Positions 1 to 12,000 of a stretch of 64,000 nt of DNA are shown here, piece after piece; the stretch's first letter is position 1, and every line of letters begins with the position of its first letter. The translations under genes and the position numbers were made by a program. The notes beneath the pieces are model-generated. The model was not told the DNA's origin and searched no databases. It was given only the letters and a program-made list of their open reading frames with translations. Origin of the DNA: Hormiphora californensis (lineage: Eukaryota > Animalia > Ctenophora); assembly GCA_020137815.1 (NCBI GenBank), contig CM035358.1:3906001-3970000 (forward strand), read 5' to 3'.

Positions 1-3000
1 CGTGTCTGCGGCGTGATAGCTCACTCAAATCATTCTGTACAGAGTCAGTGGAGTGTTGCCGTGGTCCCTGTCTTCTGAGCAGGTAAGAAAATATACAAGA
101 TGGTGTCAAAATATATCTGCTTGATAATTCTAGTTTGGGTCACATCATAATTCCACTCCAGGTGCAATACAGTTCAGATAACTAGTCCGTACAAATACAG
201 TTGCCCAGCCGGGACTGTTATCAACTCTGTCGGAAAAGCGCCAAATTCAGGTATTACAGCTGACGAGATCAAGTTATTTTGGAAAACAAAATTAAACTGA
301 ATTGTACTCGAATTTACCCGCTATATTAATTTTAAACTTTTTTGCTGCCTTTCAGTTTAGTGGCGCCGTCTTACAACGAGTTGTTTTATCGTGCTTCGCG
401 TGCGAGTTGTAAGGGTGACTGTGTCACTAACTTTTCAGTTACACTTTATTTTAACGGTGGTCCCTTTCAGAAAAAGTGGTGTCCCTCAGCTGCTGTGAGA
501 CGGATTGTAGGTTGGGTGACTGTGTAGAACGAGAGGGATCGTGTAATTCTGGGGAGGTTATGAGGAGCATCCAGAAGAACCTTGATTGTATTACTCAGCC
601 CTGTAAATTCAAGTAAGTTTTATAGACCCCCATCCCTACTAACTGTTTCAATTTGTTGTCTCACAAATTAATGGCCTCTCTGAACTCGAGCTGGGTGCCC
701 GACGTTTCAGTTGAATGTAGTATGACAAGAATTTTGTGGTATCAGCTATATCCTATCTAAAAGTATTTATCAAGAACCGACCGAATTAGGAAATACTGGT
801 CCATGATTGGCTGATAACCAGTCACGTGACATAAATAACGAGTTCTGATTGGTTGTTTACTTGTGTCGGTCGGTTCCTGGTATTTATCCTATCTCTCCTC
901 AGAGTGACATGTTGTGAAGCAAGTGATATACATGACCCCCATGTTATAAAAGATACCGTATACCCCCCACTAAAGAAACCCATCCAGGCGAATCATAACG
1001 TTGATGAAATCCACAAAGGTAAGTTGAGTCACCTGACACTGTGTCAAAAGGTAACGCTGTTCCTGTCTAGCGGCGCTAGCCCGACCTAAACGGGACCTGG
1101 CGGCGCCAGACAGAGCGGCTCAGAACTTCTCCAATGCTCCAAAACAACAGGGCATTAGGGTCACTATCAATATTCTGAATTAGAAAGACTTATTATTATG
1201 GAACCATATCTTTGTTACATCGTGCTTCTGGACATAACATTTTTTCTCCCTCGCTAACATGATTCCCTTCAGATTCTACTGCTTATAAGAAGTTCCTGGT
1301 ACCCAACAAAGAGTGTCCCTATATTGTAAGGGGTAGGGGTGTCACATGCCCTTTGTAAGTCATTTGTCAACTACCATTTCATTCCCCAAATAACCTAAAT
1401 ACTGGATACTGTACTGACTCTAGACCATTTGAATTCCTCTCAAACAGTTTACAGAGTTTGAGTTCCCCCCTCCAGGAAGTATGAGATGCGGGTGGTGCAC
1501 GCAGTAGACGACACTCTCCTAGAGGGGCAGTGCTGTACAACTGATCATGATAAGAAGTGTAACCCCCAACTAAATGGATCTTGCTCTGGTGCTATATGTA
1601 GCGCTGGTTTGGCGGGCACGGGCCTCTTCAAACTGGGATGTTTGGAGGCGGACGGTGCCCATCGGGTTAGTGTAAATAATTAGTAATCGAGTTAATTAAG
1701 AGGGTTGTTTGGGGGTGTTTTCAAATTTATTGGGTGCATGTTCTAGAGATATTCTAAATTCTCCCTAATCCCACTAGAAGGAAGAACGGTTCTGTGATGT
1801 GAGAGAGATCAGGGGAGCTGATGTCGTTTCCTGTCCCGCAGATCACACCATGACTAATATTGAGTCTAGGTAAACATCTTGCTATTCCGAATAATGAATC
1901 TTATCAATAGTATCTTCATCCAATACATTGCATTTTTGGTACTTTCTGTCATTATTTGCTGGAGATCCAACTATGCTCTTCTCGTGTAGATGTCCTGAAG
2001 GCGTCCACGAGGATTGTGTGATAGAGGTGGAGTGTTGCACGGCCAAGAAACCTGCCTTGTTCAAGATCAAACGGCATGTCTCTGCAATGGTCCACCCAGT
2101 GGCCCTCTTTGACTCTGTTCGGATCGACTGCGCTATGTAAGTGTATTCCCGTCACGCGCGCACAATATTCGATAGATGAAACCATCCCATTTCAGCAGTT
2201 ACCTGAACAGAAACGTAAACCGATTTCCCACGGTTTTGCTAAGCGCTGACAAGCGCTATTTTGCCCGACATACTATTCTGAACAAAATTCAAATTTTCCA
2301 GGTTTTCCAAAGGTATCCTCTCCTCAATTTCCCTCGGCCGCATACCAGAAGGAGTTTGTGGCCCTGCTCGATCTGGTCACTGCTACCTACACCACTCCTT
2401 CGACCTATCCACTTCCGTTTCATGTTCCCCTGGTTTTGCCTTCCAGAGTTTGAGCTTCACAGCGGACGGGCAGATAGCTAGTCCATGGGAATGTTGCGCT
2501 GTTGGAGGTGAGAAAACTCAGTTTATAACTAGTCGCATTTGATTTCTCGAAGACATGTTTACCATAAACACGGTGTTCATTTTGGATCTTTACAAGCTTT
2601 GGGCTTCACCCAGAAAAAATTTGACAAAATAAGCTTACGAAACTTCAAACTTCATACTTGGACTATTATACCGTGTTTTTCGGTCTCAAAATTTTGAAAA
2701 AGTTGCTAAAAAGACTCAAAAATGTCAATTTTTGCCGTTTTTGAGCCTTTCCAGGCAGTTTATTTGGAGTTTTGAGACCGAAAAACACATCCAATTACCA
2801 CGAAACTTTGGATTAGATGCCAAAAACACGCTTTCAGTGGTATTAGAGCTCCGGAAACACCAGCAACCTTGAATGAGGGTATATAATAATCCAAGTATGA
2901 AGTTTCGTAAGCTTATCTTGTCATTTTTTTCTGGTTGAAGCCCAACGCTTATAAAGATCCAAAATGAACATCCTGTATAAAGTCCAATTTTTTATTTAAG

Positions 3001-6000
3001 CGACAGGCCGCCGTGCATCAAAATGCAGCACTTGAAATCTATTTCCAGTTCCTGATAAGATAGAGACATGTCATTGGTCGAATTGAAAAGATAAAATTTT
3101 TCTCTTTCCAACGCAACCAGGATCATGTCTTTAATTTATCTTATCAGGAACCGGAGATTGAATGTGCGGCGGCATGTCTCTTAAATAAAAAATTCGACTA
3201 TAATTAATTGCCTGTCTGACGGCACCGATCCGATCAGGGCTTACTGTTTGAGAATAAAAAAAAAGACAAAAAAAATTAGGTCGGACCCCCCCCCCCCCGT
3301 CTGGTTCCGCCACACAGTGTTTACATTTGCCCATCCCACTTTAACCCCTATTCTCCTTCTACAGGTCACGAGCTGATAGAATCGACCACAGTCGACGGGA
3401 TGAACACAGCTGACTGCGTGGCAGGGTACATGAGTGCACTGAGGGTCGACACTTCACAGTCGGATGTCAAAATGGAGGCCACATGTGTCCACCCCAAGGA
3501 AAGTATACCCTCCGAGGAAGATGGAGATTGGGAAGATGAAGGGGATGGGGAGGAGAAGAAAGACGAAAAGAAGGACAAGAAAAAAGACAAGAAGAAGAAC
3601 AAAAAGAAAAACAAGAAAGACAAGAAGAAGGACAAAAAGAAGAAGAAGAAAGACAAGAAGAATGAGGACAATGAGAAGGTTGAACCTAAGGGATGTTTCT
3701 TAAAGGGGATAGCACTTGTTGGGGGAGATATTGGCCAGGTCCGATCTGTCCTTTCTCTTGATTCCTGTTCCAAGGCTTGTTGTAAACATCACGAGTGTAC
3801 TGCCTTTACCTACGTCAAATCAGAAACGCAGTGCCTGTTGAAGAACGAAAAGGCTATTATTGGTCGAAAACCTGCCCCAGACTGCTATACATCATGGCTC
3901 AAGAGTTGTGGGAAATATGATAGAGAGAACAGGGGCTTTCCCTGGGCTAGTAAAAAGAAGAAATCATCCAAAAAGAGTGATAAGAAAAGACCCAAGTCTT
4001 CGAAGAAGAAAGATAAGAAGCAGGTTAAATCTTCTGATAAGGCTGAGAAAAAAGGAAAAAAGAAGCCCAAATCTTCGAAGAAGAAAGAGAAGAAGCAGGT
4101 TAAATCTTCCGAAAAATCGGAATGTTCGAAGAAGAAGTGCGAGAAAGCTGTGAAGTCTTCTGATAAGGCTGAGAAAAAAGGAAAAAAGAAGCCCAAATCT
4201 TCAAAGAAGAAAGAGAAAAAACAGGTTAAATCTTCCGAAAAATCGGAATGTTCGAAGAAGAAGTGCGAGAAAGCTGTGAAATCTTCTGATAAGACTGAGA
4301 AAAAAGGAAAAAAGAAGCCCAAATCTTCAAAGAAGAACGAGAAGAAACAGGTTAAATCTTCCGAAAAATCGGAATGTTCGAAAAAGAAGGGCAAGAAAAC
4401 TGTGAAATCTTCCGAAAAGGCTGAGAAAAAAGGAAAAAAGAAGCCTAAATCTTCGAAGAAGAAAGAGAAGAAGCAGGTTAAATCTTCCGAAAAGGCTGGC
4501 AAAAAAGGAAAAAAGAAGTCCAAATCTTCAAAGAAGAAAGAGAAGAAACAGTTGAAATCTTCCAAAAAGGGTGGCAAAAAAGGAAAAAAGAGGTCCAAAG
4601 TTTTGCAGATGGGTGGCCCATCCCATCACATAAAGAAGACATGCGTATATTTCGGTGGAGTATTTCCGGATGGAACCCTTGCCCGATTCTCTACGGATAA
4701 CGCCATGGCATGCACTGAAATCTGTCATCAGACCAAAGGATGTGTTACAAGTTCATTTGTATCTTCAGAAAGAGATTGTTTCCTCAAGGGACCCTCCCAC
4801 GGTTCATTTGTCAAGACCTCCTGGGCTGTAGATAACAGAGTTATTTCGTACAGTGTTAAGGACGGATGTGTTGGTGATTCTAACGGATTCCGGCAACGTA
4901 AAGAGGGGCCAGACGGAAAGCTAGTTGAACCGTGTTTCTACAAAGGGTCTGTGTTTGAGGGTACTGAGGTGGCTGAACCCACCAATACTAGCCTGGCAGC
5001 GTGTTTGGAAATGTGTAGACAGCACGAGAAGTGTAGTGTTGGCAACTTTGTCAGCGGAACCTGTACCCTGTTTGACAATGCTCATAAGCCTCTGAAGGAC
5101 GGAAATAATGAGAGTGACGCCTCCTTCGATCTTATTGGACCATGCTTTGACAGCCTAGTAGTTGATATATCTTCCTTGCAGAAAAGGGTCAAGAAAAGAA
5201 GTAAACGGATGAAGCCAATGAAACCATGTGTACACAAGGGAGCCTTGATACCAGGAGGAGATAGCAAGTTTGTGGAGACTCCCGACGCCACCACTTGTAA
5301 GGAAGTTTGTCTGGAAAACTCAGGTTGTTTTGCAGCAACCTTTATGGCAAAAACGAAGGCATGCTACATGAAACAGGCAGGTCACCGATCAGTCTCAAAA
5401 ACTGAATGGGCGATCAAGAATGAGGTAACTTCATTTGAGTTCTCTGGAGATTGTTCTGATCCGAAACTTGAAGTGTCAATCAAGAAGCCTCCTAAAAAGA
5501 CACCGAAAAAGAAGGCTGTGAAGAAGACGTCCCCGAAGAATCCTAACAAGATAGCAGCAGATTTTAAGCAGAAGAGTCCTTGTTTTTACAAAGGTGCGTT
5601 GATACCGGGCGGTCATCTAGAGGAGGTAAAAACTAAGGATCTAGATCTTTGTGTAGAGATTTGCAAAGATACCCCGGCTTGTTTTGCTGCCACTCTCAAC
5701 GGAGAATCGGAGACCTGCTACTTGAAGGGCAAAAACGTGGAACCCCTTACATTTGCGCCTTGGGGAGAAAGAAACAAAGTCACGTCAATTTCCTGGCTTG
5801 AAAAGTGTGGAAAAGTACGAAATGAACGAATCCGAAGAAGGGTGAAAGGAAAGAAACGGAAGAAATCTCGTAAGAAGAAACCTGTGCAACGTCCGAAGAA
5901 GGTGGAGAAAAAACCTGTGCAACGTCCGAAGAAGGTGGAGAAAAAACCTGTGCAACGTCCGAAAAAGGTGGAGAAAAAACCTCTGCAACGTCCGAAGAAG

Positions 6001-9000
6001 GTAGAGAAAAAACCTGTGCAACGTCCGAAGAAGGTGGAGAAAAAACCTGTGCAACGTCGGAAGAAGGTGGAGAAAAAACCTGTGCAACGTCGGAAGAAGG
6101 TGAACAAAAAACCTGTGAAAATTTCGAAGAAAGGAGGAAAAAAGAAGCTGAAATCTTCGAAGAAGGGCAAGAAAAACGCTGATAAGAAAGGAAAAAAGAA
6201 GCAGCTCAAATCATCTAAAAAGGGAGGAAAAAAGAAGCTGAAATCCTCCAAGAAGAAGGGAAAGAAAAAGGCTGGCAAGAAAGGAAAAGAGAAGAAGCTC
6301 AAATCGTCCAAGAAGGGAGGAAAAAAGAAGCTGAAATCCTCCAAGAAGAAGGGGAAGAAACAAGGCTCCCTCGCCGTGTCATCCTCCAATGAAGGAGGAG
6401 ATAATTGGAAATCTAAAATAGTGGTATCAATGATAAAAGAGTGTCGATACGAGAATACTGTCTTCAAGGGTACCCCGTTCAAGGAAGAAACTACTGCATC
6501 TGTTTCTGAGTGCCAGGGCAAGTGTATCAACACCCGGATCTGTAACTCGCTTACATTTATACTGGATAGTAAGAAGTGCCAGATGTTCAGCGTAGAGAAC
6601 GCCCAACCAATATCAACGGATATTAAGGGTACACCTCGGCAAAATTTTTGTCGAGTGCCCGCTTAGCTCTTCATATGGGGTTGTAGGGCATGCAAAGCCG
6701 ACCTCAAATATGCAATTTTAGCCCTTAACTCGAATTCATATTTTTGCTACAGCCCCTCAAAGTTGGACCCTAAATACCGGTTTTTAAGGTCCCTAAATTT
6801 TATTCTTAGGGCTAGAAAGCTGAAAATTTGGGGATTTATAGAGGATACCAAGGTGTATCAGCTCAAACAGAAATTTTTGAAATGGAGCTTAATTTTTTGT
6901 CTGAGACTATTTTACTTTTTTTGACTTTGAGGCCATATTTGGACATGTTCCTATGGACCGTTAAGGCTTAAAATCGGATATTTGGTGCTCCTAACAATTG
7001 TCAAAGTAGCCACAAATTTTCAGGAGGTCCGAATTTGAAATGTGGCCTACAGGTTTCTTTTTGTAAAGCACATATTTTAGGAAAACTTAAAATGGCTATA
7101 TCTCAAAAACGGTAGGTCCTAGCGATATAATTTCGTGCTAAATCGATTCAGCGGGTCCGATTTTGGGGGGGTCGTCTATTAGACATTTTGCTCTAAGTCT
7201 AACCGTTTTTTCAGAAATCGTATTTTAAGATTTGTACATGTTTAGCAGAAATGCTTCTAGCTAGAGCTAATCTTACCTATTTCTGCTAAACATGTACAAA
7301 TCTTAAAATACGATTTCTGAAAAAACGGTTAGACTTAGAGCAAAATGTCTAATAGACGACCCCCCCAAAATCGGACCCGCTGAATCGATTTAGCACGAAA
7401 TTATATCGCTAGGACCTACCGTTTTTGAGATATAGCCATTTTAAGTTTTCCTAAAATATGTGCTTTACAAAAAGAAACCTGTAGGCCACATTTCAAATTC
7501 GGACCTCCTGAAAATTTGTGGCTACTTTGACAATTGTTAGGAGCACCAAATATCCGATTTTAAGCCTTAACGGTCCATAGGAACATGTCCAAATATGGCC
7601 TCAAAGTCAAAAAAAGTAAAATAGTCTCAGACAAAAAATTGAGCTCCATTTCAAAAATTTCTGTTTGAGCTGATGCACCTTGGTATCCTCTATAAATCCC
7701 CAAATTTTCAGCTTTCTAGCCCTAAGAATAAAATTTAGGGACCTAAAAAACCGGTTTTTAGGGTCCAACTTTGAGGGGCTGTAGCAAAAATATGAATTCG
7801 AGATAAGGGCTAAAATTGCATATTTGAGGTCGGCTTTGCATGCCCAACAACCCCATATGAAGAGCTAAGCGGGCACTCGACAAAAATTTCGCCGAGGTGT
7901 ACCCTTAAGACTATTTCAGTGGATCTGAATTGCGATCCAAATGTCCACAAGACCTTCTTGGAGCAATCTTCTAAAGAGGTTGAAAGAAAGATGCAACTCA
8001 AATCGTCCAAGAAGGGAGGAAAAAAGAAGCCGAAATCCTCGAAAAAAGGGAAGAAAAAGGCTGGCAAGAAAGGAAAAAAGAACAAGCTCAAATCGTCGAA
8101 GAAGGGAGGAAAAAAGAAGCCGAAATCCTCGAAGAAGGGGAAGAAAAAGGCTGGCAAGAAAGGAAAAAAGAACAAGCTCAAATCGTCCAAGAAGGGAGGA
8201 AAAAAGAAGCCGAAATCCTCGAAAAAGGGGAAGAAAAAGGCTGGCAAAAAAGTAAAAAAGAACGAGCTCAAGTCGTCCAAGAAGGGAGGAAAAAAGAAGG
8301 TGAAATCTTCGAAAAAGAAAGGCAAGAAAAAGGCTGGCAAGAAAGGAAAAAAGAAGAAGCTCAAATCGTCCAAGAAGGGAGGGAAAAAGAAGCTGAAATC
8401 CTCCAAGAAGAAGGGGAAGAAACAAGGCTCCCTCGCCGTGTCATCTTCTAAGGAAGGAGAAGATAATTGGAAATCTAAAATAGTGGTGTCAATGATAAAA
8501 GAGTGTCGATACGAGAATACTGTCTTCAAGGGTACTCCGTTCAAGGAAGAAACTACTGCATCTGTTTCTGAATGCCAGGGCAAGTGTATCAACACCCGGA
8601 TTTGTAACTCGCTTACATTTGTACTGGATAGTAAGAAGTGCCAGATGTTCAGTGTAGAGAACGCCCAACCAATATCAACGGATATTAAGACTATTTCAGT
8701 GGATCTGAATTGCGATCCAAATGTCCACAAGACCTTCGTGGAGCAATCTTCTAAAGAGGTTGAAAGAAAGATGCAACTCAAATCGTCGAAGAAGGGAGGA
8801 AAAAAGAAGCCGAAATCCTCGAAGAAGGGGAAGAAAAAGGCTGGCAAGAAAGGAAAAAAGAACAAGCTCAAATCGTCCAAGAAGGGAGGAAAAAAGAAGC
8901 CGAAATCTTCGAAGAAGGGGAAGAAAAAGGCTGGCAAGAAAGGAAAAAAGAACAAGCTCAAATCGTCCAAGAAGGGAGGAAAAAAGAAGCCGAAATCCTC

Positions 9001-12000
9001 GAAGAAGGGGAAGAAAAAGGCTGGCAAGAAAGGAAAAAAGAACAAGCTCAAATCGTCCAAGAAGGGAGGAAAAAAGAAGCCGAAATCCTCGAAGAAGGGG
9101 AAGAAAAAGGCTGACAAGAAAGTAAAAAAGAACAAGCTCAAATCATCCAAGAAGGGTGAAAAAAAGAAGCCGAAATCCTCAAAGAAGGGGAAGAACAAGG
9201 CTGGCACGAAAGGAAAAAAGAACAAGCTCAAATCGTCCAAGAAGGGTGAAAAAAAGAAGCCGAAATCCTCGAAGAAGGGGAAGAAAAAGGCCGGCAACAA
9301 AGGAAAAAAGAACAAGCTCAAATCGTCCAAGAAGGGAGGAAAAAAGAAGCCGAAATCCTCGAAGAAGGGGAAGAAAAAGGCTGGCAAGAAAGGAAAAAAG
9401 AACAAGCTCAAATCATCCAAGAAGGGAGGAAAAATGAAGGTGAAATCCTCTAAGAAGAAAGGCAAGAAAAAGGCTGGCAAGAAAGGAAAAAAGAAGAAGC
9501 TCAAATCGTCCAAGAACGGAGGAAAAAAGAAGGTGAAATCTTCGAAAAAGAAAGGCAAGAAAAAGGCTGGCAAGAAAGGAAAAAAGAAGAAGCTCAAATC
9601 GTCCAAGAAGGGAGGAAAAAAGAAGGTGAAATCCTCTAAGAAGAAAGGCAAGAAAAAGGCTGGCAAGAAAGGAAAAAAGAAGAAGCTCAAATCGTCCAAG
9701 AAGGGAGGAACAAAGAAGCTGAAATCCTCTAAGAAGAAGGGGAAGAAAAAGGCCGGCAACAAAGGAAAAAATAACAAGCTCAAATCATCCAAGAAGGGAG
9801 GAAAAAAGAAGGTGAAATCCTCTAAGAAGAAAGGCAAGAAAAAGGCTGGCAAGAAAGGAAAAAAGAAGAAGCTCAAATCGTCCAAGAAGGGAGGAAAAAA
9901 GAAGCTGAAATCCTCCAAGAAGAAGGGGAAGAAACAAGGCTCCCTCGCCGTGTCATCCTCCAATGAAGGAGGAGATAATTGGAAATCTAAAATAGTGGTA
10001 TCAATGATAAAAGAGTGTCGATACGAGAATACTGTCTTCAAGGGTACCCCGTTCAAGGAAGAAACTACTGCATCTGTTTCTGAGTGCCAGGGCAAGTGTA
10101 TCAACACCCGGATCTGTAACTCGCTTACATTTATACTGGATAGTAAGAAGTGCCAGATGTTCAGCGTAGAGAACGCCCAACCAATATCAACGGATATTAA
10201 GACTATTTCAGTGGATCTGAATTGCGATCCAAATGTCCACAAGACCTTCTTGGAGCAATCTTCTAAAGAGGTTGAAAGAAAGATGCAACTCAAATCGTCC
10301 AAGAAGGGAGGAAAAAAGAAGCCGAAATCCTCGAAAAAAGGGAAGAAAAAGGCTGGCAAGAAAGGAAAAAAGAACAAGCTCAAATCGTCGAAGAAGGGAG
10401 GAAAAAAGAAGCCGAAATCCTCGAAGAAGGGGAAGAAAAAGGCTGGCAAGAAAGGAAAAAAGAACAAGCTCAAATCGTCCAAGAAGGGAGGAAAAAAGAA
10501 GCCGAAATCCTCGAAAAAGGGGAAGAAAAAGGCTGGCAAAAAAGTAAAAAAGAACGAGCTCAAGTCGTCCAAGAAGGGAGGAAAAAAGAAGGTGAAATCT
10601 TCGAAAAAGAAAGGCAAGAAAAAGGCTGGCAAGAAAGGAAAAAAGAAGAAGCTCAAATCGTCCAAGAAGGGAGGGAAAAAGAAGCTGAAATCCTCCAAGA
10701 AGAAGGGGAAGAAACAAGGCTCCCTCGCCGTGTCATCTTCTAAGGAAGGAGAAGATAATTGGAAATCTAAAATAGTGGTGTCAATGATAAAAGAGTGTCG
10801 ATACGAGAATACTGTCTTCAAGGGTACTCCGTTCAAGGAAGAAACTACTGCATCTGTTTCTGAATGCCAGGGCAAGTGTATCAACACCCGGATTTGTAAC
10901 TCGCTTACATTTGTACTGGATAGTAAGAAGTGCCAGATGTTCAGTGTAGAGAACGCCCAACCAATATCAACGGATATTAAGACTATTTCAGTGGATCTGA
11001 ATTGCGATCCAAATGTCCACAAGACCTTCGTGGAGCAATCTTCTAAAGAGGTTGAAAGAAAGATGCAACTCAAATCGTCGAAGAAGGGAGGAAAAAAGAA
11101 GCCGAAATCCTCGAAGAAGGGGAAGAAAAAGGCTGGCAAGAAAGGAAAAAAGAACAAGCTCAAATCGTCCAAGAAGGGAGGAAAAAAGAAGCCGAAATCT
11201 TCGAAGAAGGGGAAGAAAAAGGCTGGCAAGAAAGGAAAAAAGAACAAGCTCAAATCGTCCAAGAAGGGAGGAAAAAAGAAGCCGAAATCCTCGAAGAAGG
11301 GGAAGAAAAAGGCTGGCAAGAAAGGAAAAAAGAACAAGCTCAAATCGTCCAAGAAGGGAGGAAAAAAGAAGCCGAAATCCTCGAAGAAGGGGAAGAAAAA
11401 GGCTGACAAGAAAGTAAAAAAGAACAAGCTCAAATCATCCAAGAAGGGTGAAAAAAAGAAGCCGAAATCCTCAAAGAAGGGGAAGAACAAGGCTGGCACG
11501 AAAGGAAAAAAGAACAAGCTCAAATCGTCCAAGAAGGGTGAAAAAAAGAAGCCGAAATCCTCGAAGAAGGGGAAGAAAAAGGCCGGCAACAAAGGAAAAA
11601 AGAACAAGCTCAAATCGTCCAAGAAGGGAGGAAAAAAGAAGCCGAAATCCTCGAAGAAGGGGAAGAAAAAGGCTGGCAAGAAAGGAAAAAAGAACAAGCT
11701 CAAATCATCCAAGAAGGGAGGAAAAATGAAGGTGAAATCCTCTAAGAAGAAAGGCAAGAAAAAGGCTGGCAAGAAAGGAAAAAAGAAGAAGCTCAAATCG
11801 TCCAAGAACGGAGGAAAAAAGAAGGTGAAATCTTCGAAAAAGAAAGGCAAGAAAAAGGCTGGCAAGAAAGGAAAAAAGAAGAAGCTCAAATCGTCCAAGA
11901 AGGGAGGAAAAAAGAAGGTGAAATCCTCTAAGAAGAAAGGCAAGAAAAAGGCTGGCAAGAAAGGAAAAAAGAAGAAGCTCAAATCGTCCAAGAAGGGAGG

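Noticed and set aside
6623-7908. piggyBac assignment for the TTAA element
   Set aside because: Termini are GGG...CCC rather than piggyBac CCY...RGG; Kolobok fits better
7941-11729. Arg-rich, protamine-like ORFs in an alternative + frame
   Set aside because: Frame-shifted readings of AAG/AAA repeats
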